Shown here piece after piece: positions 30,871-44,234 of a stretch of DNA of 64,000 nucleotides (the stretch's first letter is position 1; each line of letters begins with the position of its first letter). Source of the stretch: the human T2T-CHM13v2.0 reference genome, Homo sapiens. Below the pieces are notes generated by a model that worked only from the letters and a program-made list of their open reading frames with translations, was not told the DNA's origin and searched no databases. The stretch lies in the NCBI RefSeq assembly GCF_009914755.1, contig NC_060926.1; one strand, written 5' to 3'. Both the position numbers and the translations under genes were made by a program.

Positions 30871-31657
30871 TGACAAAGAGACCCAGAATATGCCATTGTG
30901 GCATAAAAACTATTTTGAGCTGAAGACATTTGAGAATGAGCAGATGCAGAAAGAGATTTTCTCTGACCCCTGTCCCCTCCCTTAGAACATCTGTCTAAAA
31001 ACAGAAACTATCAGAAAAAAATTTGAACTGCCACAATAGGGTGATTATGGTTCACAAAAATATATTTTAAAATAACTAGAAGAAGGGAATTGAAATGCTC
31101 CTACCACAATGAAATGGTAAGTGCTTGAGGTGACGGACACCCCAATTACCCTACTTTGATCATTACACATTGTATGCTTGTAACACAACATCACTTGTAT
31201 CCCATAAATAGATACAACAATTATGTACCCATAATAATCTAAAATAAGAGTATTAAATTCAACTGTCTTAAATTTTCCTTCAATGGAGGCTTCCTGTACT
31301 CGGGCTGAGGAAGTTCACACCCATCACTGAAGAAAACTGGCACTCTGATGAGAAGTAGTATAAATAAACATAGTCACAAGAGTCATACCTTCCATCTACT
31401 CTCCTAAAGACCCTAATATTTTTTCCTAAAATTATTTGTTGTTCTGTAACTTCTCCTTTCCCCTCTCCTTCCCCATTAAGATTTTATACAAATTAAATTC
31501 TAGTTACTTCTTTCAGTCACCATCTTTGCAAGCTCCTACAAACATATATGAGTAAACTTTGTTCTTTCTCCTGTTAGTCTGTCTTCTGTCAGTTTAATTC
31601 TCAGATTTCAATGACAAAACCTAAGGGAGTAGAAGAATGTTTTCCCTCCCCAGTGAT
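30871..31657 (+). mobile_element. MER34-like ERV1 solo LTR
   Basis: 'cagaatatgccattgtggcataaaaactattttgagctgaagacatttgagaa' ... 'aacctaagggagtagaagaatgttttccctcccc'. Confidence 0.7.
31033..31254 (+). mobile_element. Short L1MA 3' end inserted in the MER34-like LTR
   Basis: 'aatagggtgattatggtt...taccctactttgatcattacacattgtatgc...ccccataaata'; degenerate TSD aatttgaactgcc / aaattcaactgtc. Confidence 0.8.
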
Positions 31658-32884
31658 GACATTGACAACAAAATAATTAATCCTATATAAAACTCCAGCT
31701 TCTGTTTCTTCATTTTCTCTCCACTTCATGTTCCTTCTATTCTCTCAATTAAATATGCTTACAGACTAAACTCTTTTATCTTTTTTCTTTACACTTTGCT
31801 TGCTCCCTCATCATCCTAAAATCTGTCATAGCAATAATATCAAGTATTATAAATTATGAATTTAGTGACATCTCATAAGAGCTTTCATTTCACACACATC
31901 AACTGCAGTGAAATGAAGTACTTTGCAGGACTGTGTTTCCATGGATTGCTGAAGCAACAACATCCAGTGGCCAAACATGAAAATGATGAGGATGTAGGAA
32001 AATGTCATTGAAGTTCACTTGTATTCTCCTTTGGCTTTATTGTCATCTTTCCACAAACTTGAATGACTTAAAATATTTTATGGACACTTGGATTTGCATT
32101 CATAGTTTTCGTGTACAAACCCAAGGTGATATGCTCAATTTTAGGACCAGAGCTGGAGCAAATGATTTCTAAAACATCATCAGATATTTCTGAATAAACA
32201 CAATATTTTGAACAGTATTCTATGCTTCATTACTTTAGTATTGAGAATGTATTCTCTCTTAATATACCTCATCATTAACATAACAAGAGAATTATGTCAT
32301 CATATTTCACCTAATCAATCTTTTAGATTTATGAAATTAATGTTTTCACCTATCACTATCTAATCTATACTTGCAATGCCTGTGCAGTATTAATTGCTAC
32401 AGCATTGATGCTACAACCCAGGATATCATACAATACAATTAGCTCGGATTTTCTTTGCAAATTTATGCCTCACTTCTTCTGAATAAAGAAAATAGCATGC
32501 ATTGACAGTGTGGTTATGGTTGTTGTACTTATTACTTAAAGGCATCCTCTTTATAATTACTTCATTTTTTGTGTGTCCAGGTATGACATCAACTAGTCAG
32601 GATACTTCTGTGTGTGTGGGGGGGGTGCGGGGCGTGGGGGGAATACTATATTTGCTGTTGTAACATACTACACATTATTTTGCTAGCCTTTCTTTTTCAA
32701 AGTGAGACATATAAATATTGGAAACAACAGTTAAATTGGTTTTTCATAAAAGTTGATTAGCAGTGAATGAGTAAGGCAAGTCTCAAAAGAACTTAGTAGG
32801 GAAATAATAGCATCATTGAAACATTTTCAGTTGGAGGAGTCAAAATATCATATAACTTGAGTCTTAAAGTGATCATTTAGAATG

Positions 32885-33720
32885 ATTTTTAAATTTTTTT
32901 AATTGACACATAATTATACATATTTTGGGGATACAAGATGGTGTTGGGATACATGCATACATTGTGGAATGATCAAATCAGGTTAATTAGCATATCCCTC
33001 ACCTAGAACACTTGTCATTTCTTTGCACTAAAAACATATAAAATTCTCTCTTCTAGCTACTTTGAAATATATAACACGTTATTTGTAACTATAGTGAACT
33101 TGTTATGCCATAGAACACCAAAACTTATTGCTCCTAGGCAACTGTAACTTTGTACCCATTGGCCAACCTCTCCCCATCTCCCATCCTACAGTTCCCAGCC
33201 TCTGGTAACCACTATTATACCTTCTACTTCTATGATATTAACTTTTTAAGATCTAGAATGAGTGAGATCTTGTGATCTTCATCCTTTTTTTCTTGAACAT
33301 AATGTTCTTTGGGTTTGTCCATGTTGTTGCAAATAACAGAATTTAATTTGTTTTTTTATAAGTGGATAGTATTCCATCATGTATATATACAACTTCTTTT
33401 TATCCATTTAATAATTGATGGATAATCCATTTAATAATTGATGTGTAATTGATTCCATATCTTGGCTACTGTTAATAGTGTTGCAATAATCATAGAACTG
33501 CAGATATGTCCTCAACATACTGACTTCATTTCCTTTGGATATATACCCACTACTGGGATTGTTGGATCATACGGTAGTTCTATTTTTAATTTTTTGAGGT
33601 ATCTCTCAACTGTTGTTCATAATGGCTGTACTAATTTACATTCCCAATAACAACATATGCATACCATTTTTCTCCATGTTCCTCCCAGTATTTCTTATTT
33701 TTTTGTCTTTTTTATAGTAG
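32885..33720 (-). mobile_element. L1MA 3' end (minus strand)
   Basis: T-rich tail followed by antisense 3'UTR and ORF2 end ('gatcatacggtagttctatttttaatttttt'). Confidence 0.9.
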
Positions 33721-34602
33721 TTACAAATTTTGTTAGGCCACAAAACTAGTCTCAAACATTTTAAAAATAATCAAAATCATATAAGTATCTTTTCTGACCA
33801 CAATGAAACAAAGCAGAAATCAAAAACAAGAGGGACTTTGGAAGCTATACAAATACATAAAAATTAAATGATGTGTTCCTGAATAACCAATGGGTAAATA
33901 AACTAAAATGTAAATAAAAATTTTATTGAGACAGGTGAAAATGGAAACACAACATGCCATAACCTGTGGAATACAGCAAAAGTAGCTGAAAGAGGGAAGA
34001 TTATGGCAATAAACACCAACATCAAAAAAGTAGAAAGTTCTCAGATAAACAAACCTAAACCCTATAAAGGCTATAGGTGATAAACCCACAGCTAACATCA
34101 CACAAACTAGGGAAAAGTTGAAAGGTTTTCCACTAAAATCTGAAACAAACAAGGATGCCCAGTGCTATGATTTGAATATGTGTCTTCTTCAAAACTCATG
34201 TTGAAATTTAATTGTCAAAGTGGTGGCATTGAGAGGTGGGACCTTTACGAGATGATTGCATCATGAGGGCTCTGCCTTCATGAATGTAAAAATATGTTCA
34301 TGAGTTAGTGGGTTAATGGGTTATCATCAGAGTGGGACTGTTGGCTTTACAAGAAGTGAAAGGAAGACCTGAGCAAGCAAGTTAGCATACTCAGCCCACC
34401 ACCTTGGGATTCTGTAGAGAGTCCTCACCAGCAAGAAGGCTCTCACTAGATGTAACCCTTAAGCCTTGGACTTCTCAGGCTCCAGAACTGTAAGAAATAA
34501 ATTTATTTTCTACAAAGAACCCAGCTTCAGGTATTCTTTTATATGTAAAAGAAAAGAGATAAATTAAGAACATTTTGGTACAGAGAAGTGGTGCGCTGTG
34601 GA

Positions 34603-35123
34603 TGTGAAAGTATGATTTAGCTGACAGACAAAATTGACTCCCTATGGCTAACTGAGGTGCTTTATATGAAAACACAATCAGGCAGTTATACTGGGTGAGG
34701 GAATGACCATGTACTACATGTCCTCAAGAAGATGTTGTTGTAAATGTTGTAAAAGTGTGACAGGACTTCCCTTTCTATAATCAAGCCAAACCAGTTCTTG
34801 TTTTTCGTGGCTGGATAAACTGTGGCTAGAAACCCCCAATGCCACCAGCTATTAAAAATAAATATCTGACACAGACTTTTGATTTTGGGCTTGTAAACCA
34901 CCAAATCACAGCTCAACTATTTAGACCAATCAGAACTGAACAACCTTAACTCCTTCATTTACATAAATTGAACTGATTAAAACCTGGGTGAGAAGTTTCC
35001 TTATTTAAGCCAGACTCTCCCTTTGTTCTTTAGTGGATGTGCTTTCACTTGTAATGAAGTCTGTGCCTCCTCAATCTGCAGATTGTATTTTTTCTCTACA
35101 GACCTTAAGGTCTTTTGTTAACA
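34603..35123 (+). mobile_element. ERV1-class (MER4-group) solo LTR nested in the MaLR internal region
   Basis: Interrupts the MST leader; contains 'gactccctatggctaactgagg' and 'ccaatcagaactgaacaa'; ends 'ttttgttaaca'. Confidence 0.6.
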
Positions 35124-35253
35124 CAGATAATAAGTACCTGAAAATACGGAAGCAGCTTTGGAACTGAGTAATGGGTAGGGGCTTGAAGAATTTGGAGGAG
35201 TAAGCTAGAAAAAGCTTAGATTCTGGTGAGGGCTTAGAAAACAAGAAGATTAA

Positions 35254-35989
35254 TGTAAACTAAAGATAAAATTCTAAGCTTCACCCTCGAAGGACTGAAA
35301 GGACCCTCTGTTGGCCAAAAGAACCACAGAACAACCTTAAAAATTGAATTTCTAGCCATGATAGGAAGGTACCCCAAACATGCCTCATTATACCCCCTCC
35401 CTTTTGGGTGCAACTGACCAGAATTTAGGTTAAAATAGAGATAAAAAACTGACAAAATAAACTCTTTGTGGCAATAAGATAAATTATAAATAAGACATAA
35501 GGCCATTCAAGGCAAGGTTAAGTCACATCCAACAAACAAGATCTCTTTACGTGACTTTTATAAGAAGTTAACTGGGTATAATGTGACCTACTTTCCAACC
35601 TGAATTTGGTATAGCATCACATGGCAGATAGCAGACCCCCCATCTTAACTCAAGCATTCCTTTTTACTGACTTCAAGTCTTCAGACAAAGCTTAACTCTT
35701 TCAACCAATTGCCAACTGAAAATTTATAAAACCCACCTATGACTTGTAAGTCACCACTATGAGATGTTCTGCCTTTTTAGGTCAAACCAATAAGTACCTT
35801 CCATGTATTGTTTTATTGTTTTACGCACAATTCCTGTCTCCCTAACATGTATAAAACCACACTATAACCTGACCATTGCAGGTGCACTTTCTCAGGACCT
35901 CTTGACACCATGTTCTCTGAGCCATGATTTCTCATATTGGCTCAGAATAAGCCTCTTTAAAATATTTTAGTTTGCTTTTGCTGTTAACA
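35254..35989 (+). mobile_element. MER4-family (MER4D/E-like) solo LTR nested in the MaLR internal region
   Basis: 'tgtaaactaaagataaaattctaagc' ... 'catattggctcagaataagcctctttaaaatatttt..tgttaaca'. Confidence 0.8.
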
Positions 35990-38900
35990 CTAGGGAAATA
36001 AATATGGACAGTAAAGACCATTCTTACAGGGTTTCAGATGGAACTGAAGAACAAGGTATTGGAAATTGGAGTAAAGGCTACCCTTGTTACAAATTGGCAA
36101 AGAGCATGGCTGAACTGTGTCTGTGCACAAGGGCTTTGTGGAAGGCTGAGCTTGAGAGAGAGGAATGAATGTATCTGGAAGAAATTACTAAGAAGCAAAG
36201 TGCTCAGGCTGCTGTGTGGTTACTTCTAATTGCATGTGGCGAACTGCTAGAGCAAAAAAAATTAGAAAATTAGTGGTCTGGCCATGTTCTAGAAAATGAA
36301 AGAGCATTTTCAAGAGAGTAATCCAAAGGTGTAGCTGAGTCACCACTTGTCAAAAAGCTTAGCATGGCTAAAAGGGAGTCAGGTGTAATAGTCATGACAA
36401 TAGAAAAATGGACCCAAAGGCATTTTCAGAAATCTTCTAGGCTGCCTTTCCCATAACAGGCCCAGAGGCCAAAGAGCATTCTGAGGACAGGTACAGGACA
36501 CCGTTGCCCTGACCACATTGGGACACTGCTCCTCACATGCTGATAGCTCAGGATGAAGGCCCCTTGGCTCAAGTGAACTCAGCTTCCAAAGGTACAAGTC
36601 ACAAACATTGACAACCTCCACGTAATGCTAATTCTGCAGGCTTGCAGGAAGCAAGACTGTGAAGGCTTGGCAGCCTCCACAGATTTCAAACAATATTGTC
36701 AAAAGCTTTGAGGCCTAGGAAGAGACTTGTGGGGGCAGAACCACTTCATAGAATACCAGCCAGAGCAATGCCAAGTGGAAAATTGCCATTTTCCTCTGCA
36801 GAGTTGCTGCAGAGGAGTCACCACCAAAGCAATGCTTATTGAAGCTGTGGGAGCAGGAACGCCACTGAGACCTCAGAGGTGTAGAACTGCCAGTGTGCAA
36901 TTTCAACCTGAAAGAGCTGGGCAGATTGAGCCCAGCCAAGCCTAGAGGCATGGCTGCCCCAAACCTTGGGGGCCCAACCCTCACACCAGTGAGTAGAGGA
37001 TGCCAGGTGTGGAGTCAAAGGAGATTATTATGGAGTCTGAATATCCAATATTTGCTCTGTTGGGTTTCAGACTTGCTTGGGCTATGTTGTCCCTTACCTT
37101 TTAGCCTATTTCTTTCTTTTTGAATGGGAATATGTACCCTATTCTTGTGTATCACTATTGTATCTTGAGAGAAGATAAATTGTTTTGATTTCACAGGCCC
37201 ACAGGTGAGACTTTTAGAAACTGGGCTTTGAACTTAGACTTGAAATTGGTGCTGGAATAAGCTAAGATTTTGAGGCTATGAAAATAGAATAAATGTATTT
37301 GTATGTGAAAAGGAAATGTTGTGGGGAGCAGGCTTAAAATGTTATGATTTGAATATTTGTTCCCTTCAAAACACATGTTGAAATTTACTCCCCAGTGTGG
37401 CAGTATTGAGAGGGGAGGCCTTTAAGAGATGATTGGCTCATGAGGATTCTGCCTTCATGAATGGATTAGTTCATTCATAAATTACTAGATTAATGGGTTA
37501 TAATGGGAGAAGACTTATGGCTTTATAAGGAAAGAAAGAGAGACCTGGGCAAACAAGTTAGCATGCTTAACTCCCTCACCATGTGATACCCTGCATCACT
37601 TTGGGACTCTGTAGAAAGTCCCCACCAGCAAAAACGCTCTCACCAGATTGGCTCCTCCACCTTGGACTTCTCAGTTACCAGAACTATAAGAAATAAATTC
37701 ATTTTCTTTATAAACTTCTCAGGTTCAGGTATTCTGTTATAGGCAACAGAAAACAAACTAAACGACTTTCACCATTTCTATTCAACATGGTACTGGAAGT
37801 TTAGTTAGTGCAATTAGGCAACAGAAGTAAACAAAGGGCATCCAAATTGGAAAGGAAGATGTCAAATTTTCACTGTTAGCATATAACATAATCTTGTATA
37901 TAAAAAATCCTACAGAATCTATCATAAAACTGTTAGAACACACTCATTGCCCAAAGCAATCTACAGATTTAATGCAATCCTTATCAAAATATCAATGACT
38001 TTTCTCATAGAAACAGAAAAACAAAATCCTAAAGTTCATATGCAACCACAAAAGATCCTGAATATCCAAAGCAATCTGGAGCAAAAAGAACAAAGCTGGA
38101 GGAATTATATTTCCTGATTTTGAAATATACTACAAAGCAATAATAACCAAAACAGCATGGTACTGTCATAAAGCAGACACATGTGAATAGAACTGAATTA
38201 GAACTTAGAAACAAATCCATGCATTTGCAGCCAACTGATTTTTGATAAAAGTGCCAAGAACACACATTGGATAAAGGACAGTCTCTTCAATAAACAGTGC
38301 TAGGAAAACTGGATATCCACAGGCAGAATAATAAAATGAAATCTTTATTTCTCACTACTTACAAAAATCAATGCAAAATGGATTGAAGACTTTAGCATTA
38401 GACTTGAAACTATGAAACTACTAGAATAAAACATAGGAAAAATACTTCATGATAGTGGTCTGTGGAATAATTTTTTGTATAACAGAAGCATGGGTAACCA
38501 AAGCAAAAATAGACAAATGAGATTTCATCAAACTAAAAAGTTTCTGTACAACAAAGGACATAATCCATAGAGTGAAGAGAAAACCTACAGAGTAGGAGAA
38601 AATACTTAAAAACTCTGCATCTAACAAGAGGTTAATATCCAGAATATAAAAGAAACACAAACAACTCAGTGACAACTCCCCCCCACCCCAAAGAATCCAA
38701 TTAAAAAATGTGCAAAGATTTGAATAGACGGTTTTCAAATGAAGACATACAAATCGCAAATGGGTATACAAAACATGCTCAACATCACAAATCATCGGAA
38801 ATAAGTTTTATTTTTCTTTTTGGAACTGACAGAATGAGCATGAAGGACAGTGAAATGATATGGAGTGTTCCATTTGCAGCATGTGCCTAAAATAAATAAT

Positions 38901-39287
38901 TTTAGACAAATATGTACAGACTTCTAATTAAAATTGTCCTATAATGAGAGTTTTCAGAAAGCACCTGAATGATGACAGTTATTTTCCACTTTCCATGGAT
39001 CTTTGCTAGTTATGTTATGGTTATGTTACTACCTAATAGGACCTGTATTCAGAAAGAACTATAATTTGAAAACAAACAGCGAAACGAACACAAAATTCTA
39101 ATTTTAATGCATATATCCTTTAAAGTGCTAATAAATATAAAATAAAGAAAATTTTTCTCTGTAGGAAAATAAGAATAAAAATAAGATATATAAATAATCA
39201 TTCTATTTTGCAGATCAGTTTACCAAAATTACTTGAGAAGTTCCCTTAAAAAAGTTGTCAATTCTAGGGTTGGGGAATGGCAGAAGG

Positions 39288-39475
39288 CAAAGATTCTCAA
39301 GCTTTAATGTGCATAATAAACATATATAGAACATGTTAAAATATAAATTGCTAATTTCATAGCCAGACTTTCTAATTTTTCAGATCTGAGTGGAGGGCCA
39401 TGAATATGCATTTCTAATTAGTTCACATGAAATGCTGAGGTTGCTGGACTGGAGACAACAATTTGAGAACTACTG
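39288..39475. mobile_element. MER5A-like hAT MITE
   Basis: Termini 'caaagattctcaagctt' and 'aatttgagaactactg'; internal 'gaatatgcatttctaa'. Confidence 0.75.
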
Positions 39476-41489
39476 GTAGAGAGTGAAATGAGTTTTACAC
39501 ATTTCTGATTCTATCATAAATTCCACAGGCAAGGTTAACTTAGATTTATAGAAAACAATGATGAATGAGCCAAAATTATATCCATCTATTTATCTATCTA
39601 CCTATACATATATGTATATATGTGAGTATATATTTTTCCTATATCCAGTTTGAAATAATGCAACCAAGAAACCTTTTACAATTCTTAATATCCTAAAGCA
39701 TTTAAAGAGGTCTGAGTATAATTAGCTTTTTTATGAAATCTGTCCTACACACATACATGTATGCTAAAACTTCACAATGGTTATTAAAATATTCCTGAAT
39801 GGCTTCACAATGGTCAGGTTGACATTAACATTAAATATATGAAGTGACATATTTTAGTAGAGTCTATAAATAAAGATATCTGAAAAAGGAAGGTGGTAGG
39901 ATCTACTTGATTATGACTCCACCATTGCAATGATTATATTGATATCTATTTAATAAAGCTGATTATACATTCCAAAATGGTTATGTAGGAAAAGCATATT
40001 AATGTTTAATTGATTTTGACTATATGGCACTAAAAAGAAAACCAAACTAATTTACAGTTGGTTAAAGTTTTCCAAATATTTGAGTCACAGGAAACACTGT
40101 ATTTTCTGTAACTTGTTAGTAATCAGTTAAATATATTAACTATGCCTTTTTGTAGCTGAATATTTGTAAATAAAACTAAAAACCAACCAACAAAAGTTCT
40201 TATATCATAAGCATGTGGTAATAATAATATAAGCTCCTTTTCAAGTTTTCTTATTATAATTTTAGAATCATTAAATGTGACTTCTGACTAGTTACCAAAT
40301 ATGGCTAAAAATATATTGTCAACATTCTGATAGATATATTGGATAACCGTATTTTCTCCTTAGAGCAATAGTATTTCCTGTTTACTTCAAAAAACAGCAA
40401 TTCAATGTGGGGCCCCTTATAGTAATGATTTACCTGTTGATTCCAACTAATCAGAAAAAAGTAGGTGGTAGAAAGAAATTAATGTACATATATCATTAAA
40501 ATACAATGTTTTCATAAAGTTAAAAATGTGGCTCTTGTTTTAAGTTTTTATTTTTTCTACATCATTTTACTTTATTTGTCATTTCAACTTATTTGCTTTT
40601 GTTATTTGGGTAGATGTCCCATTTTTAGAGAACCATCAGGTTGCACTCTTTTGTTTGATTTATTATGGTCTTGCCATTTGAAATTTTATGTAGTTTTAAT
40701 ACTTTTATGTATATTTATAATTAGTTTTGGCAACCAAATCATGTCGTAAATCACATCTTTCTTTTTCCCCCACTCTAAGGCATCCTTTTTTCCAGAATCT
40801 GAAGATACATTCTAGTTTAAAAGAATAGCTTCAGCCATTTAAATGGGTGTAAAGCCTGTTTCAAAAACGTTATTCTTGGTTCCATGTAAACTGCCAAAAT
40901 GTAAATCCATTTTGTTTAACATGTTATCAACTTAACAGATGGCATTCATGTGTGGGCATCCAAAAGACCACATATGAGCATCAAGTATGTACATCTGAGA
41001 GTGAAACTTTGGGCCAAAATACTGAGGTTGTTATCTTTCTTGGATTTCTGCACTTCATTGCCAATGAATTTGTCAAATCAGGAGCAGTAAAGAGGGGAAC
41101 AAAGTTCTTCACAGTAAGCAGCGTAATATGGAAAATCCGTAACTGATATCACATTCTTCACCAACATGTGTATTTTTTAAAAATCTTTTTTTAAAAAATA
41201 TCTTAGTATAAAGACCTGTTTAGAGGTGGAATTTGTTCATAAAAGTCAAATGATTTTATTGAGAAGAAAATTGAATGTCTCCTACGTGGCACATAAGAGT
41301 TGTAAGACAGTTTTCAAATAATATATTAAAATGTCGGTTTTTGTTGCCTGTATATGACATTTTTAAAATATGAGTTTTATTTATAAAAACACAGCAGAAA
41401 GATCATAACTTAAGTATATACTTTAATGAAAATATATTTGACTTTAATAGATATTTTTAATATGGCTTGAAAGTAGAACTTTTTCACTT

Positions 41490-42150
41490 CTATTTTTTAT
41501 AAATGAGGAAATTTGAGACTCAAAATGCTAAGAAAATGTTTCCAACCCTTTTGTGAAATAGGGAAAGTTTTAGGCTATTACACCTGGTTTAGGATTCCTA
41601 AAGTAATATATTTTCCACTATTATTTGAATGACTAAAACTTACTGGACCTCTACTTTGGAGGTTGCTGAGTACAGGCAGGCTGTAAACAATTCATTTTTA
41701 TACAGACGACTAATACATGACACAAGAGGCACACTGTATCAATAGATAAAGACTGATGGCCATAGATTCAGAATGTCTTGGGTCATATCCCAGCTCTGTC
41801 ATATAGTAGCTTTGTAACTTTACACAATTTAATTTGTTTCTATGTGCTTCCATTTCCTTATCTGTTCAAAAGAATTTTAGAAGCAATTGCTTCATAAAGT
41901 TATGAAAGCATTAAATAATCATATGTATTAGAATTATATACTGTACTGCCCAGAAAAAATAAACATTCAATCTATATTATCCATCATTATCATTTGCCAT
42001 TGAGCTAACATGAAACCATTATTTCCAGTTCACAGAACAGGAAACTGAGGTTTGGAGTTTAAATGATTCATCCAGTGGCACACACACAGAACTATTAATT
42101 GCTGGAGCATAATTTTAACTATAAAATATCTGACTGCAGAGATTATTCTC
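41490..42150. mobile_element. Cluster of three MIR fragments (~41490-41620 -, ~41750-41990 +, ~42015-42150 -)
   Basis: MIR cores 'aaatgaggaaatttgagactca', 'cccagctctgtcatatagtagctttgtaac', 'ggaaactgaggtttggag'. Confidence 0.65.
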
Positions 42151-42729
42151 TATCTGCCCCTTCAACTACAAGATTGGACTTCCCTGCAATCCACCTCAGT
42201 CTATTTGTATGGAGCCAGAGAAGCCAGTTAAGTACCAACTCACAAGTGATTCAAAGTGAATTTGCCTGGGTCTTGTCCCAGACTGTGATAGATGCAGAGG
42301 TTCAAGGTCAGAAGCCGCAAAAACGGGGATAAATATTTCTCAAATCATGCTGCTTTTGTTGCCTGTCACATTAAATCCATTCAGTTGTCTGCTCAAGGCC
42401 TAGATTAAGTAGTATACAATGAAGTTGACAATTTGGTATGCCTAAAATAGAAGATTCCATGCAAAAGACATGTGAGGATTAATAACCTTCTACTATTTTA
42501 TAACCACAAAACTAGGATAATAAGGATTGTCAAAGATTATTTTTTCTAAATAGAAATTTTTATAATTGTATACAAAATTATAACAAAGTATTAAATTATA
42601 ATGATTTCTGGCCAAATAAATATATAACTATATCTTACATAATACATACTAAATCATGTAAAAACTAAAAGAAATGCTCTAGTAAAGAGATTTCTGTAGA
42701 GATAAATGTATTGACTAATATAATTGCAT

Positions 42730-43230
42730 AATCTAGAAAATTTTTATTGCAACCTTATGTGTAGTGGGAATCATCTGGAGGTACCTATCTACCAAGAAGA
42801 AAATGAATGCAGAATTTCATTATAATTTTCTGTAATAGTAAAATTAAATGTATCAATGTGCATGCAATACAAACAGAATATTAAGCCAAGAAAATTAATA
42901 ATTTGACACTGCTCAATTAAAGTTATAAAATAAAAAATATTTTTATGAATATAGAAATAACAAATATAATGATATTATTGGGAATAATATATAACAAACT
43001 TCAAAGCAGTGGTTATGTTTGGGGGAAGTTAGTGAAATATAATGAGGGTAAAATACATTGTGAAGTAAACCTTATTCTTGATATTGTGTTCTGTAATATA
43101 AACTGATATAAAACAAATATGGCAAAATGTTAATATTAATACATCTAAATGTTTCATACATGTATATTTTTTGTCTTATATTCTGTAGCTTTGTTATAGG
43201 TTTGTGATACTACTAACAAAATATTAAAAA
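42730..43230 (+). mobile_element. L1ME-like 3' end remnant
   Basis: Highly diverged; 'aaacaaatatggcaaaatgttaatattaat','caaagcagtggttatgtttggggg'. Confidence 0.45.
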
Positions 43231-44234
43231 TATTGCTTATAACCCAAGTGATACATAACTACACTTGGATATTTCAATAAATATGTTGGATATTATTTGG
43301 TTTCAGTGATTTCTTCTAAACTTGCTCTGATAAACTTTTCTTGTACACTTTCCCTGATTTTCTTCCTCTGAAAAAGGTAAAATGAATTTTGCATGAATCT
43401 TTTGAAGAACTGTATTTTTTTCAGAAGTCAGAATTCCTTTTAGCTTGAATTCCCCAGATGATTTCCCCCGCACTTGATTTTGTGTTTCCTGTGTACTAGT
43501 CATTTTTATAGCACCAGTATTCATTACGTTGATCCCTGACCATGTTATAGCACAGTTTTTTTTAAAGCAGGTTGTGTTGGCATTCATGCAAACAGAAAGA
43601 ATTCCCTTGGGCTCTTCCCTCTACTCCCTTACAGCGCAAGAGAATAAAAAATTCCCACTTTTTAATAAATACTTTTATTAGAACCATATGGAAGAGAGAT
43701 TATATTGTTTTCTTAATTCCAAAGGGCAGAATTAGGGCCAATGTTTATAACTTCCAGCAAAACAATTTTTTTGTTCATTATGAGAAAGAACTTTTTGCAA
43801 TTATATAACTGAAGATTGTAATTGGTTTTATTTGAAGCATTGAAGTTTCTGTTATTAAGAAAGAGATGGAATGACAGCTCCTTCCTTCATTTCACTTCCT
43901 GCTCCCATACACACACACCACTCACAAAGACACACTTCTGGGATGCTGTAGAAGTCGCTCCTGTATTACAGACTAGGCACAATGATTTCTAAACTCCTTC
44001 TAAATATATAATCTATTTTACAACTACAGCTATTAGTTAATGGGGGCTTTTGCTATATACTATTTTGATTTAATTATAGAAAAATTTATAATCACTTTAT
44101 ATTACTGGACATGACATGTTTTCACTTCTTTAGCTTTGACAATATATATCTTTATCACCTCTATTTATTAAAAAAAATTGATGATCTCTTTTACAACAAC
44201 TGTTACTCTATTATATAAGTTAATATTCTGAACA

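Larger units (their letters stand above)
34163..37765 (+). mobile_element. Two-LTR MST-family MaLR provirus (LTRs ~34163-34572 and 37340-37765)
   Basis: Both LTRs start 'tg(c/t)tatgatttgaatat'; the internal part starts 'ttttggtacagagaagtgg'; purine-rich tract before the 3' LTR. Confidence 0.85.
33721..38800 (+). mobile_element. L1MA ORF2 pieces on + (33721-34162 and 37766-38800), split by a MaLR provirus
   Basis: L1 text 'aaacaaggatgccca' before 34163 resumes as 'ctttcaccatttctattcaac' after 37765; internal deletions near 34060 and 37940. Confidence 0.85.

Noticed and set aside
32608-32641. G-rich run after (TG)n as a G-quadruplex element
   Set aside because: Only three G-runs, derived from a microsatellite; no supporting context.
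33402-33443. Duplicated atccatttaataattgatg inside L1MA
   Set aside because: Ordinary small duplication in a dead repeat.
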